Shown: positions 37,823-50,556, counted from the first letter of the whole stretch. The stretch: 63,992 nucleotides of DNA, filler included, from Neoconidiobolus thromboides FSU 785 (GCA_025603075.1; 5 parts of 5 records of this genome joined end to end with filler, not necessarily neighbours in it); one strand, 5' to 3'. The notes: generated by a model from the sequence alone, not told the origin. Translations and numbers: made by a program.

Positions 37823-39610
37823 TTACATAGGAGACTTTAAAGATGCATGAATAATTTCAATCAATTTCAAATTAAATCGACACATCTCCATAGCAGAAGG
37901 TATAATTAATAAAGATTCCAATAGTTCTTTCCCTTTTTTGATATACATTATAGTCTTATTATCGTTTCTCCCATATCGTACCATAAAAACTAAGCATGTA
38001 GAAATAAGAGGGCAGTCAAGGGTAAGCGTATATCTATGAGGAATTATAATAGCGCTATCAATTACAGAATAACACTGATTAAGTATAGTTTTAACATAGT
38101 CCGACACTTTTTTATTAATAATTTTACTTCCTTCAAATTCTTCATGTTCATAAATCTTTCTTTCTTTTGATACATTGAATTGAATAGAGTAAACCCAAAA
38201 GTTAATGTGGTGAAAAAAGTAATTAATACAATCTTGATAATCCTTGATAGTTGCTTTTAAAGTTTGATTATCCACAAATGGTAAAATATCATCCATAACA
38301 GCGGTATACTTATCTTTAACTAAAAATAGTTTGAATGAAAGTCTCTTTAGGAGATTGTTGAATTTTACATGGTCCTGTGTTTCTTTTATCTTCTTCTCTT
38401 TAATTAAGCGTAAATCAAAAAATAACGTGCTGATTATGTAATAAAATCCTTGTAACCTCAAAAAACAATATCGTTGAATATCTTTATCCTCTTTATTGAA
38501 ATCAAAACTATGGTTAGAAAATTTACTTACATAATAGCTATCTAATTTCTTTAACTCTAATGGAAGTGTAGGTTCTGCAATATATGATCCAGCTGTCAAC
38601 AACGTTCCGTTATGATATGAATTTAGTATACAATAAGTATATAGTCGTTCAATATTGGTATTTTTTGATAATTTTTTTGATGATTGATTTAATCCTATTA
38701 TAAACGAAATCCTATAGCAATAAAATAAAAGGGATTCCTTGAGATTATTAAGCCACTGAAAACAAGTTATCCCGCTTATTAATATAAGTATGATTTGTAT
38801 ATTTTCTAATTTAGGTTTGATTTTAAGAATGTTTGAAAGTAGATTATAAAGCTTTCCTTCGAAATATTTGATCAAATTCTTTACTGTTTCTGTTTGTTCC
38901 ATATGGAAAAGACCACCTACAAGTATTGCTGATTTCAAGTTAAATGGACATGAAAGAAAATTAAACCTTGTTTCATCAAATAAAGGAAACGTTGTATTAA
39001 CAAATTTGAAATAGTTGACTATAGCTTGCTTTAAGATTGGTCCAATATTAAATGTAGCTTCGTTTGGTATCTCAGGTATAAAGGCCAATTTTTTAGGTTT
39101 GGATATCAATAGTCCTAACTTATCTGTTAATATAATAAAAAGATTTAAACCTTTACTAGGAAAAAACGGGGATGGGTTTTGGATAAAGTTTAGTAAATTT
39201 TCTAATAATATTTTCCTTTTAAATTTGTTAAAAATCCCTAGAATATTATATGAGAAGTTATAATCCTTTGGTAATTTTATCAATTGGTGTTTAGCTCCAT
39301 TAAGTTCAAATGACTCTGAGGTAGATACATTTTCTTTTGCAGGAATTAAATTGACTTTTGAAGTAACCTTGGCTTTAAAATTGGCATTAGAAACATTCCT
39401 AAATTTGATATGGAATACCTTGGTTTCCACTTCACACTCCGCTTTATCCTTTTTATTATATACAAGATTCCTATCTAAAGTACATTCAATATTTCTTTTT
39501 GTACATTTTGAACATTTAGGTAGCAGCTTATCACATTTAAAATGGCTTTTGGAGCATTGATCGCATCTATATCTTCTTTTGGTGATTTCTAAGATGTTTT
39601 GGTTTTCCAT
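37823..39610 (-). CDS. Zn(II)2Cys6 transcription factor, copy 2
   Basis: CDQCSKSHFKCDKLLPKCSKCTKRNIEC; colinear with 26589-28346 (about three-quarters identical by eye); ~80 nt upstream of the ATG is also homologous. Confidence 0.92.
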   Translation of the reverse strand: MENQNILEITKRRYRCDQCSKSHFKCDKLLPKCSKCTKRNIECTLDRNLVYNKKDKAECEVETKVFHIKFRNVSNANFKAKVTSKVNLIPAKENVSTSESFELNGAKHQLIKLPKDYNFSYNILGIFNKFKRKILLENLLNFIQNPSPFFPSKGLNLFIILTDKLGLLISKPKKLAFIPEIPNEATFNIGPILKQAIVNYFKFVNTTFPLFDETRFNFLSCPFNLKSAILVGGLFHMEQTETVKNLIKYFEGKLYNLLSNILKIKPKLENIQIILILISGITCFQWLNNLKESLLFYCYRISFIIGLNQSSKKLSKNTNIERLYTYCILNSYHNGTLLTAGSYIAEPTLPLELKKLDSYYVSKFSNHSFDFNKEDKDIQRYCFLRLQGFYYIISTLFFDLRLIKEKKIKETQDHVKFNNLLKRLSFKLFLVKDKYTAVMDDILPFVDNQTLKATIKDYQDCINYFFHHINFWVYSIQFNVSKERKIYEHEEFEGSKIINKKVSDYVKTILNQCYSVIDSAIIIPHRYTLTLDCPLISTCLVFMVRYGRNDNKTIMYIKKGKELLESLLIIPSAMEMCRFNLKLIEIIHASLKSPM

Positions 39611-40329
39611 AGAGTTAAAGACTTTTAAAAATATTATAAGCTATTATACAGCATGGCCAATATACTTAAATAATTGCTACTACTATTTAAATAATAGTTG
39701 AAAGTGTAGCGATTTTTTAGTAACTATATTTATTTACCTGAGAATACCCAATTAAATAAAATAGATTAATTCAAATCCCTTACTATTCATTGGATTTTTG
39801 TTCATGATACAAACTAATTTTATTTTGTATTTGTAAGCAAGTGATATATTAAGGGGTACAATGATGAATAAATATCTTTTCAATTATTATTTCAAAAGGA
39901 GTTATAACCCAAGTAAAGAATTAATTGGAGAAGCGCAAGAGAGTATAAAAACAACATGCAGTAATTTTTATCGAAGATATGTATGAAAAAATAAAACACC
40001 TACACTTTACTATTCATGTCAAGGTTAGATGATAAGGAGCATATTGAAAGTCTGATTTATACTAATATCACTGAAAATAAAAAAGTGAAAGTAATAACGC
40101 TTTTTGATTTTTTAGATATTAGATAGCTTCATGCAACAGGAACAAATCACAATAAAAAAACATTATGAAAAGTAAGAATAAAAAGAAATTAAGAAATACT
40201 TGAAAGATTAAAAACATTAGATTTATAGACATTTATTTATATACTTTAAAAATATCAAATTGAACACAATTAGTAAGATAAAAGATTACAGTAAAAGCCA
40301 AAGTAATTAAGGTAATATGACATCAATTA

Positions 40330-41361
40330 GCAATAAAATACACTGATATTGTATATATAATTATGATTTCACGTTCAATTTATATATTATTTGGATCTTT
40401 AGTTTCAATTATACTTATATCTCTTAAAAGTTTAATATTTATCTTCATAGTTAGCACTGTAATAGCACTGCCAATTTTATGAGAATGAATGAGTATTTCA
40501 GAATTATGGTAGTTACCATTAATGTCTAAAAAATTGACTGGATTGATAGCAATTGGCTCAATAATGAAATCTGGATGTCTTTTCTAAACTTACCTTTATG
40601 TAAAATCAGTGCTATAGCTATTACTAAAATAAGGCTAATTATTTCCTCTACAACTCTATCAACTAACAAGTTAATATTTACTGTTATTTCCTTTGTTTGA
40701 TCTTCCTCATTATATATCGTTGGAAGTATATCATTGACTTATTCCCAAGCTTCAATGATATATATTTGTATTTTATTTGAACTCTGGATATCATATAGGA
40801 CGTCGTCCTTTAAGTCAGTAGGAGACGTGTTATAATCAATGTTGTTGATTAAAATTACGTCAAGCGAACTTATCATATAACTATCATTGTTAACTATACA
40901 TCCATCATGCTCAATTCGAATTGCTTTGTTTAGTAACTCAACTTCAAACATATTTAGTTGAACTTCAAAATACTATATGGGGATGTATTTTTGTATTTAA
41001 GAATTTTACTAACAATTTTTCCACTTAAATAGCGCTTGAAAGATGGAAAAAATAATGAAGCCAAAAAAAACATCCCCATATACAGAATCAGATTCTGTTG
41101 TTATGTAACACATAAATTGTTTGGTTTAAACATGTTTGTTTTATCAATTATAATACTTCCAAGTTTATACTCAACTATATTATAAGATTTCAAATTTAAT
41201 TCAAATACAATATTTTTATTAAGAAGTGTAAGTTGGGTTACATCTTTTATTTCTTCAGTAAGGTATGATTTGTTGTTTTTTATGAATAATTGATGTACAT
41301 AATAACCTTTATTTAGCTCATAAATTAGTATCAATTCTTTGGGCTGAATGTCAAGGGACAC
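40330..41361 (-). pseudogene. Possible decayed gene, interrupted by stops, frameshifts and a MITE
   Basis: Adjacent minus-strand protein-like fragments, including a hydrophobic stretch EEIISLILVIAIALILHKGK. Family not recognised. Confidence 0.35.
40979..41077. mobile_element. MITE copy (near consensus)
   Basis: GGGGATGT...ACATCCCC, ATAT TSD. Confidence 0.95.
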
Positions 41362-41428
41362 TTGATAATCTTGCTATTAAAGATTCTAAATAATAAAATC
41401 TATTGGTTGTATAAAATATCAAGCATTT

Positions 41429-41525
41429 GGGGATGTATTTTTGTGTTCAAGAACTTTACTAACAAATTTTCCGTTCAAATAGTGCTTAAAAGTAGAAAAA
41501 GTAATGAAGTGAAAAAAACACCCCC
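41429..41525. mobile_element. MITE copy
   Basis: GGGGATGT...ACACCCCC, ATTT TSD on both sides. Confidence 0.92.
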
Positions 41526-41572
41526 ATTTGATACATAAAACCGTTTACTAAAAACAAAACTATTGTCTATAT

Positions 41573-41669
41573 GAGGATGAATTTTTGTGTCTAAGAATTT
41601 TGCTACAATCTTTCCACTCAAATAGTGCTTAAAAAATGGAAAAATAATGAAACTAAAAAAAATAGCCCT
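41573..41669. mobile_element. MITE copy
   Basis: GAGGATGA...ATAGCCCT, ATAT TSD. Confidence 0.88.
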
Positions 41670-42570
41670 ATATAATAGAATTAAATAATTCTATATTTAT
41701 CGTATTATTTGTTTTTTTAATATTGAAATAATTAAAAGTTGCTATTATATCATTTTCAATGTATTAAGTGTATTGTTATATTTATCCTACTCAACTATAT
41801 TAACGAATAATCTCTTTTTTTGAACTTAGTTTATACAAATGGACATTAAATATATCAATTTTTATATTCATTACATAACTAAATTTATCTAAATAATATG
41901 GCTCATCCTCTATGATTATATAGTCACCATATTAAACTCTTGGCCTTATAGCCTCATATTTTCATATTAAAAAACAAGTCAAAAGTTTTGACATTCAATC
42001 GTATATAGTATTGTTCTTTCATTGCCATAGTTCGAATTATAAATTTTTGATAAGTTCTTGTCACTTCAATCATTGTTATTAAATTTGAATCCCTAAAAAA
42101 GTATTAGGATTTCAATTTTGTAAATTGTTTAATTTTTTTACAAAACTCATAAATTATTATAATATTATAAATGATTTTGATTGGTTGATACTGTACTTCT
42201 TTCATTGATAAAAATCTACACAGTTTTAATTTTATAATTAGAAATAATAATATGATTTAAGATAAACATAAAGATATAGATATTCACATGAATTTGAAAA
42301 TAAAAGATATTGAAATAAGAACCCTGCTAAAAGCATATAGATAAAAAAGCTTGAAAATAGTCTACTGCATACTAAAAAAGATCAAATATACATTAAAATG
42401 TTAATATTTATGAAAAATATTAAATTTTTATTCTATATGAAAATAATAAATGTAAACTATCATTCAGTATAAACTATATATTATATTTTTTATTCAAAAT
42501 TTTACTAAGGTTTTATCGAAATTATATGCTTAAAAAACGAAAAGACCATAAGGAAAAAGGGACTCTATAT

Positions 42571-42668
42571 GGGAGTGTTTTTTTTTACTTCATTATTTTT
42601 CCATTTTTTAAGCGCTATTTAAGCGGAAAATTTGTTAGTAAAATTCTTAGACACAAAAATACATCCTC
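42571..42668. mobile_element. MITE copy
   Basis: GGGAGTGT...ACATCCTC, flanks ATAT/ACAT. Confidence 0.88.
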
Positions 42669-42839
42669 ACATTGTTAGTAATAAAACAAAATAAAAAAGT
42701 TTAAACACTGACTTCGTATTAGATTTTTGCTTTTGAAAATAGCAAACTAGCTATTATTAAAATTTTAACTTTTTATGAGTGATAAAAAATCAATGAAAAA
42801 TATAATATTTAATTATAATATAATGTTTATTTAAATGAA

Positions 42840-43082
42840 TTAACAATTATATGGATTATCAATATCAATCCAACTACTAAAAGTACATTTAGAATCAGCA
42901 AGGATATCATAGCAATCCCATTCCCCATTATTCCAAGTCCAGCATCTTGGACAACTATAACCATCATAGCAATAAACTCCACTATTTCCTTTATTACAAC
43001 GTTCACTATTTGGATTAGGACAAAGAGACACTACAAATGGAAGTACAAAAGATAAAGCAGCAATTGATTGAATAAATTTCAT
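42840..43082 (-). CDS. Small secreted cysteine-rich peptide, copy 2
   Basis: Protein identical to 24063-24305; one synonymous nucleotide difference (AGC/AGT). Confidence 0.9.
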   Translation of the reverse strand: MKFIQSIAALSFVLPFVVSLCPNPNSERCNKGNSGVYCYDGYSCPRCWTWNNGEWDCYDILADSKCTFSSWIDIDNPYNC

Positions 43083-43201
43083 ATTTGATTTAATTGATAA
43101 TATAAAACAATTATTTCATTAAAGTATTTATACTATGAGTTACAAATTCAACCTAAGTATCATTTTTAAAATGTCTTAAAAGAAAACAAGGTAACAATTA
43201 T

Positions 43202-43301
43202 NNNNNNNNNNNNNNNNNNNNNNNNNNNNNNNNNNNNNNNNNNNNTTAATTAATTAANNNNNNNNNNNNNNNNNNNNNNNNNNNNNNNNNNNNNNNNNNN
43301 N
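43202..43301. other. Assembly gap
   Basis: N run with TTAATTAATTAA linker. Confidence 0.98.
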
Positions 43302-43707
43302 CATCTAAAACACATTTATCTTCACCTTGGCCATTACCACCAAAAATCTGAAAGACAATGGAATCAGCAGGGTTCTCAGCATCTATAGACCAATCCCAAT
43401 AAGGCAATACCACTGTTGGATCTATTTTCTGTAACACAAGTTCAAACTTACGTAAATAAACTCGATGCCATGGTAAAAAAGCAGGTACACCATGAGCATA
43501 ATCTGAATTTTCTAAATGAATATCAGAACTTTCAGCATATAAATCATACCCACCATAATTTCTTAAAGTAGCTAAAGCATATAAAAATTTATCTAACTGA
43601 GCTTTACTCAATTCTCGAATTTCAGGACGACGCGTTAATTGACTACATTGTTGAGATTCAACAATGGTAAGTAGTAATAAAGAAATAAACAAGACTAGCT
43701 TCAGCAT
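43302..43707 (-). CDS. Secreted tyrosinase paralog, 5' part only (3' part lost in the gap)
   Basis: Signal peptide; CuA motif DIH..SDYAHGVPAFLPWHRVYL; PYWDWS; colinear with 59208-60428. Confidence 0.9.
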
Positions 43708-44505
43708 TAGGTTGGTATTAAATTGAGTAAAAATATATTAAATCATGTGTAGCAAACTGATTATTTATATAGTTGTGTTTTGAACTAAAAACATACAGGA
43801 CTATTTTTAAAAACTAATAACTATCCTCTCCTTTGTATAACCAAAACTCCACCATTGATATGTATTCTTTAGTTAGCAGTGATATTGCTATTTAGTTTCT
43901 TTGACTTAGTCAATAAATTAAATGTTTTAATTATATTATTACTTTTTTAACCTCCAATTGTTAAATTAACGGTATCAATAATATAACTCGCATTTGTTTT
44001 TATGAATAAAATCCAAAGTCCCTTAATAGTAGTTGAAAGTACCATTTTTTCATCAAAATATAATGTCTATTCATTATCATGCGTATTTATAAATCAAATT
44101 GTTTTAACTTAATTTATATTTTATTAATTTTTACCTCTCTTTAATATTGTCATTATTTTTATTACAGCTCTATTGCAAAGTAATTAGCAATAGCATTTAC
44201 ACTAAATAAGTTGCAAATTAGCCTTTTTGACTCTGGTTGGGATATATAGTCGAACTTTGAACTAAGTTTTATTTCAAAATAAACAATTTATTACTTTATA
44301 AAAGAGCTACAACAGCCATACAGTTGAGCAATTTCAATGACTCAGTTAAAATTATAATTTAATTTTCAATTTTATTCAAATTTGGCTTTATAAAATCTAT
44401 ATAATTACTACCTACTTTGTTCCATTACTTTGTCCATTTCTTATGCAATATAAAATCTAAACAGTTTACTAGTTAAACAGTATAGTATAAAAGGCATTAC
44501 CATAT

Positions 44506-44602
44506 GGGGATGTATTTTTGTATTTAAGAATTTTACTGACAATTTTCCACATAAATAGCGCTTAAAAAATGGAAAAATAATGAAACTAAAAAAAACAGCC
44601 CC
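44506..44602. mobile_element. MITE copy
   Basis: GGGGATGT...ACAGCCCC, ATAT TSD. Confidence 0.93.
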
Positions 44603-45251
44603 ATATGACCAATTGAAAATTGAAAAATTAGTTACTTCTCATATATTTACACTTAATTTGTACATTTTACAAGGAATCAAAATCTGAAAAAATTTGAGCT
44701 TTAGGTTTAAAACAACATAGTATAATAATTAACTAGAAATGCCTTCTATAAATAAAACTAATATCTCATTATAAATAGTAACCATTTCAACTTTTACTAT
44801 TTAACAAATTAGCCTGTTAGTAATATTATTGCTATAATAGCAAATTGTGTAACTCTAATTTGATTTTTTTTAAAAATTCTGAATTTATATAAATAAATGA
44901 TTTATTTGAGTAAATTAAAAATAAAGTTAAGATTTAATTTATTTATATTTGAAGTTTGACAGCTTCAAATAAAAATAACTATTTAATAGATAAAAAGTTG
45001 TAAAACCAGATACTGGTATTTAATATCAGACAACTTCATTAAACTTTTATTAAATAATCTCATGTTTTTAAAACTTGTTATATAAAATATAAAGTGAGCT
45101 TAAAACAAGGCATTCAAAACTTTATGTTTTTTGATTTTTAGTCGTTTTTATTATAATCGAAAGGTAACACTTTTATATTGCCTCGAGGTGCTTTTATAGA
45201 AGAAATTTATAATATTCAGCTAATTACTTATTGATTAGTATAATATTATAT

Positions 45252-45350
45252 GGGGATGTATTTTTTTATTTAAGAACTTTATTAACGGCTTTTCCACTCA
45301 AATACCACTTGGAAAATGAAAAAAGTGATGAAAACAAAAGAAACATCCCT
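45252..45350. mobile_element. MITE copy, diverged
   Basis: GGGGATGT...ACATCCCT; left flank ATAT, right TSD degenerate. Confidence 0.82.
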
Positions 45351-45517
45351 ATCAAAACATAATACCAGAGAGTTTTAATAATAAATATTATTATCTGGAT
45401 AAACAATATTATAAACTATGAATAGTAATATCAAGACCTCAGTGATAAAAAACTCAATAGTATAAATGTTTATAATAAAAATAATAACAAGACTGAAATG
45501 TTCTAAAACTAGTAAAT

Positions 45518-45616
45518 GGGGATGTTTTTCTTAGCTTCAGCATTTTTTCTATCTTTTAAGCACTATTTGAGTGGAAAAATTGTTAGTAAAATTCTTGAAT
45601 ACAAAAATACATTCTC
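45518..45616. mobile_element. MITE copy
   Basis: GGGGATGT...ACATTCTC, AAAT TSD on both sides. Confidence 0.9.
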
Positions 45617-46773
45617 AAATTTTTATTAAAAATATAAAAAATAAAAAATATAAAATACAGAAAACAACTTTAGATACTAGAAATTTAGTTTGTTTTATTA
45701 TAGTTATTTATTAATTAATATTAAAATAAAAAATTTCAACTTTATATTATTTATTATCATTAAATAACATAATAAAGCAATAGCTATGATAAAGAATAGT
45801 TATCTTAAAGAATTTTAAAAAATGATTAAGTTTGAGAGTTGATATTTAATTGGTTTAATAGAATTTCAGATATATAATTAAAAATGTTCTATTTAATATT
45901 TAAATTTTATTAAATAATTTTTTAAAAATAACAAATTGCAAATATAAAAAAGCCATGATGACTTTCAAGTTTAATCATTTGGATTATCATATTATTTTTA
46001 ATAGTAATAACAGACTAAATAAGATTACTAAAAATTAAAAATATATGTAATTGAATTTTTATTAAGACTATTAAGACAGATTATAGGCTATAAATTAACC
46101 AAATAATTTTTGGTTTTTAAAAATCAACTTGAGCAAAAAGAGGTATTGAATTCATATCAGTATATCAACGTAAACGATTCAGCTCTACAATTTCATCTTA
46201 ATAAATTAAAGTGACACCATCTCTCTTGACAGTCATCTTCATCAGCTATTTTTCCTTATTACTAGATTAACGAAAACCTACTAATTTTAGTAAACTATTG
46301 AAGTTAGTTCCATTTATGCAATGCAGTCTTAAATTATAAAATTCATTCTAAATTCTAATTGAATTTTACAACTACTATAACTCAATTTCAACTTGATTTG
46401 CGACGACTTTTGGAGGCAACTAGTTGCTTTTTTGCTTTTTTAAACATAGCATTGCTTTTTAGTATGATTTTATCAAAATTTTATTCTTAAATAAACAACT
46501 ATTTTAGACAGAATAGAATTATTGTAGCTATATTAGTCCAATTTATTTAAGCTGTTTATTAGCAGTTTAATTTTAAAAGAGTGGTAAATAACTGGGAATT
46601 ACTTGATATTAGGAGTATGTAATAGATCACGTTTCAGTTTAATCCAACTTATCAACCATAAAAAAAACTCAAGGTGCATAATTTCAGTAGCAATAAATTT
46701 TCATATAAATACCCTCATTAATTCTCTTATTTATTCAGCAACAAAGCCATCAATTTTAATTTCTTCTTATTCA

Positions 46774-48647
46774 ATGGGTCTTTTAACTCTTGGTACTCCG
46801 CTTTCTTGGGAAGATAGTCAACCTTATATTTCTATCGTCAAGTCTCGTGGTATTTCTCAATTCTTGTCAATTTACAAAAATAATAAGCTACGCTCTGATG
46901 ATCCTTTGCTTTGGGGGGATGAAATTGAATATTTAACAATTGAATATAATCATGAAAAGAAAATAGTTTACTTAGCTACAATTACAGATCAAATTATACC
47001 AAAGTTACAAAAGGAAGAAGAAATAGGATTAAAAGAGGGAAGGTAAGAACTTAATAATTATAATAAAACGATAAGAACTAATCAAATATATATATATATA
47101 ATTGTAGTGAGTTTTCTGCTTGTTGGCGTTCTGAATTTGGTAAATTTCAAATTGAAGGTACTCCTGGGAAACCATATAATTTTACTCTTTATGGTTTATT
47201 ACAAGTTGAAAGTAATATGAAAATACGTCGTAAATTGATTTTAGAGTTATTAAATCAACAGCAGAGTGTTATTACTTTACCCTTATTTTTTAATTTGGGT
47301 AATAATGAATGTAAAGTGTTTGATCAAAAGTATAATTGTGAAGAAAATCTTTTTTTAAAAAGCAACAGTTTATCAGATGAAGTTATTTATCCTCATCCAA
47401 GATATCAATGTATGTCAAGAAATTTAAGATTACGCTGTAACAATCAAACAACATTTAATATACCTATCTATAAAGATATTTATACAGATAAAAGTTTATT
47501 ATATAACAATGATAATGATAATAATAACAATAATAGTAGTAACAAAATAAATTTTGATTCTTCTGGATTTGGAGCAGCTTGTTGTTGTTTACAAACTACG
47601 TTTCAATGTCCTAATTTTAATGAAGCTTGTTTTCTATATGATTGTTTAATTCCTATTGCTCCTATTATGTTAGCTTTATCTGCTAATACTCCAGTTATGA
47701 AAGGATATTTAAGTAGTTTAGATACTAGATACGAAGTGTTAAAATATACTAATGATGGTAGGAACGAAATGGATAAGTTAGAATGTCAGAAATCAAGATA
47801 TGATGGCTGTAGTTATTATTTATCTCAAGAACCAGAGATAGAAAGATTTAATGATATCAAAGTCAAATTAAATAATAATACTATAAATTTATTAAATCAA
47901 AGTGATATAAATAGGAATTTAAAATGTCATTTATCTAATATATTTAGTTATGACCCAATGATTATTTTTAAAGATCAATTAAATTTTTATAATAAAAATG
48001 AATTAAATTATTTTGATTCTATTTATTCAACTGTTTGGCAAACTGTTCGATTTAAACCACCTACATCTAGTAGCGACATTGGTTGGAGAGTAGAGTTTCG
48101 TCCAATGGAAGTACAAATCACTGATTTTGAAAATGCAGCATATTCAATATTTTTAAATTTATTAGTTAAAGCAATATTAAAATATAAGCCTAATTATTAT
48201 ATACCAATATCTAAGGTAGATCAAAACATTATTAATTCTAATAAAATAAATGCAATTAATCAGCAATATTTTTTATTTAATAATAAATATAATCAAATAA
48301 ATAAATTTACAATTAATCAACTTATAAATGGAGATAGTAACAATTTAATTGAGGGGTTTATACCATTAATAAATCGATATTTGTTAGAAGAAAACATAGA
48401 TTTGAATTTAAATATCAAATTACAAGCTTATCTTAATTTTATCTCAGACCGTGCTAGTGGCAAATTATTAACAGGTGCTTCTTTTATAAGACAGTTGATA
48501 TTCAATCATCCAGATTATAAATTTGACTCTAAATTAAATGAAACTATTAATTATGATTTAATTCAAATAATCGATAAGTTAGGTCAATATCGTTATGATT
48601 TAGCTCCTCAATTATTAGGTAAATATTATATCCACACTAATAATTAA
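46774..48647 (+). CDS. Glutamate-cysteine ligase (GCS/Gsh1 family), divergent, 2 exons
   Basis: ATG 46774 MGLLTLGTPLSW; LLWGDEIEY; intron 47043-47107; IEGTPGKPY; CCCLQTTFQ; WQTVRFKPP; IGWRVEFRPMEVQ. Symbol withheld because several conserved motifs differ. Confidence 0.88.
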
Positions 48648-48685
48648 TAAACATATTGTTATATTATTATGTTATAAATAAACAC

Positions 48686-48736
48686 TATATTATATATTAT
48701 ATATTATATATTATATATTATATTATATTATATATT
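48686..48736. repeat. AT-only (TATATTA-like) microsatellite
   Basis: Short tandem repeat between the convergent ligase and THI6 3' ends. Confidence 0.75.
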
Positions 48737-48751
48737 ATTTGTATTTTTTAT

Positions 48752-50556
48752 TTAGTATTTAATTACTTTAATACGTGATTTGATTATTGATTGATAAGTT
48801 GGATAATGAGTCAAATGATGTAATTGGTCCAATAATTGATATTTAAATGTACCAGGACCATTGGATAATTTAGATGCTAATTCGCCAGCTAATGTAAATA
48901 CAATAGTACTAGTAATAATAATAAATACAATTATAAATTGATAAAGTTATAAACTAATATAATATTAATCTTAAATTAACTTACCCAGTTAATACTCCTA
49001 TAATTGGATTATCGGGCTCAACTAATAATAATAATAAATATTACTAATATAATGATAATGGTAACAAGTTGTTCTTACCAGCTACATAAGAGGCAATAAT
49101 AGCACCTAACATACATCCAGTAGCAGTGATTTTTTCCATTAAATGATGACCATTATGAACTGAAAATCTCAATTTACCATTAGTAATATAATCAATTTCA
49201 CCCGTCATAATAACTGTACAATCTAATTATAATAATAAAATAAATATTACTAACCCTTACTCTTTACATAAATATAATTTAAAACTTACTATATTTTATT
49301 GCCAATTTTTCAGCAATTTCCATCGAATTATTAATTTTACAACTAGAATCAACACCTTCACTTTTTATGCTTTCTCCTGCCAAAGTAGCTATTTCATTAG
49401 AATTACCTTTAATGACGGATATCTTAACTTCGTTTAATATATTATCAATACATTCTCTTCTTAATTGACTAGCACCAACACCTACTGGATCTAAAATAAC
49501 TGGTAAATTGGCATTATTATACACTTTTCCTATAATTATAGAAAGTATTGGTAAATTAACAAATTATTGTATATTTAATATTGATATTAATTTACCATGA
49601 AGAATATACTCATTAATCATCTCTTTTTTTAAAGTACCCATGTTAATCAATAATGCCTTTGAAAATTTAATTAAATCTTCCGTTTCTTTAGTATCAGGCG
49701 CCATAATGGGACTTGCCCCAATTGCTAAGGTAACATTAGCTGAATCATTAATAGCTACCATATTAGTCAATTGATGAATAATTGGTCGACTTTCAATTGT
49801 TTTTTCTATTAGCTTTATGACTTGTTCTATCTCTTCAAATTCCCTGTATGATTGATTATTATATTCTCTTAAAACATGTTTGTAATAGTCACATGTTTTT
49901 ATGGGCGTTTTTGAGTCCATAATAGCTGATACCATAGCAACACCATCTAATCTTCTTTGATTATCACCAATTGCCTTTTCCATCAATTCATTGATATTAT
50001 TTTCATTAATACCACTGATAGCCACCACAGGAATTCGAGTATCAATAACGTTTAAAATTTGTTTCACACCGTCAATCCCAATAATTTCTTTATTTAATTT
50101 TTTTGTATTTGTTGGATAAACAGGTCCAATACCTAAATAACTCGCACCATCTTGAATTGCTTTATTTGCTTCTCTAACATCCTTGACTGATACACCAATA
50201 GGTATTTTACTTCCTGTCAATTCCAACGCTTCTCTCAATTCCATGTCTTCTTGTCCAATATGAATACCATCCGCATCAACTTCTATCGCTACTTTAATAT
50301 TGTCATTGATCACAAATCTCACCCCATAAATCTGACACAACTTTTTGACTTTATAAGCTAAATTAAGGAAATCACCATCAGATAGCTCTTTTTCTCTTAA
50401 TTGTAAGATGGTTACACCACCTTGAAAACAACGTTCTAAATGAGTGAGGAAGTTGGATATACCTTTTGATGTGTTGGGGAAATTCTCAGAAGTTCGATGA
50501 GTTACAAGGTAAAGGGAAAAATCCCAAGATAAACAATTGGTTGTATGAAAAGTCAT
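48752..50556 (-). CDS. THI6: Bifunctional thiamine-phosphate synthase / hydroxyethylthiazole kinase, multi-exon
   Basis: ThiE part: LYLVT, QLREK, INDN, GIHIGQED, GIGPVYPTNTK. ThiM part: IHQLTNMV, GASPIMA, LINMGT, DPVGVGAS, IKGNSNEI, ITATGCMLG, GPGTF. Confidence 0.92.

Noticed and set aside
23944-43201. Duplicate peptide gene as a pure assembly artefact
   Set aside because: Two nucleotide differences and different 3' flanks argue for two loci, though long reads are needed to be sure.
46603-46773. N-terminal extension of the ligase in the track ORF
   Set aside because: Begins at TTG in promoter-like DNA; the family-typical start MGLL is at ATG 46774.
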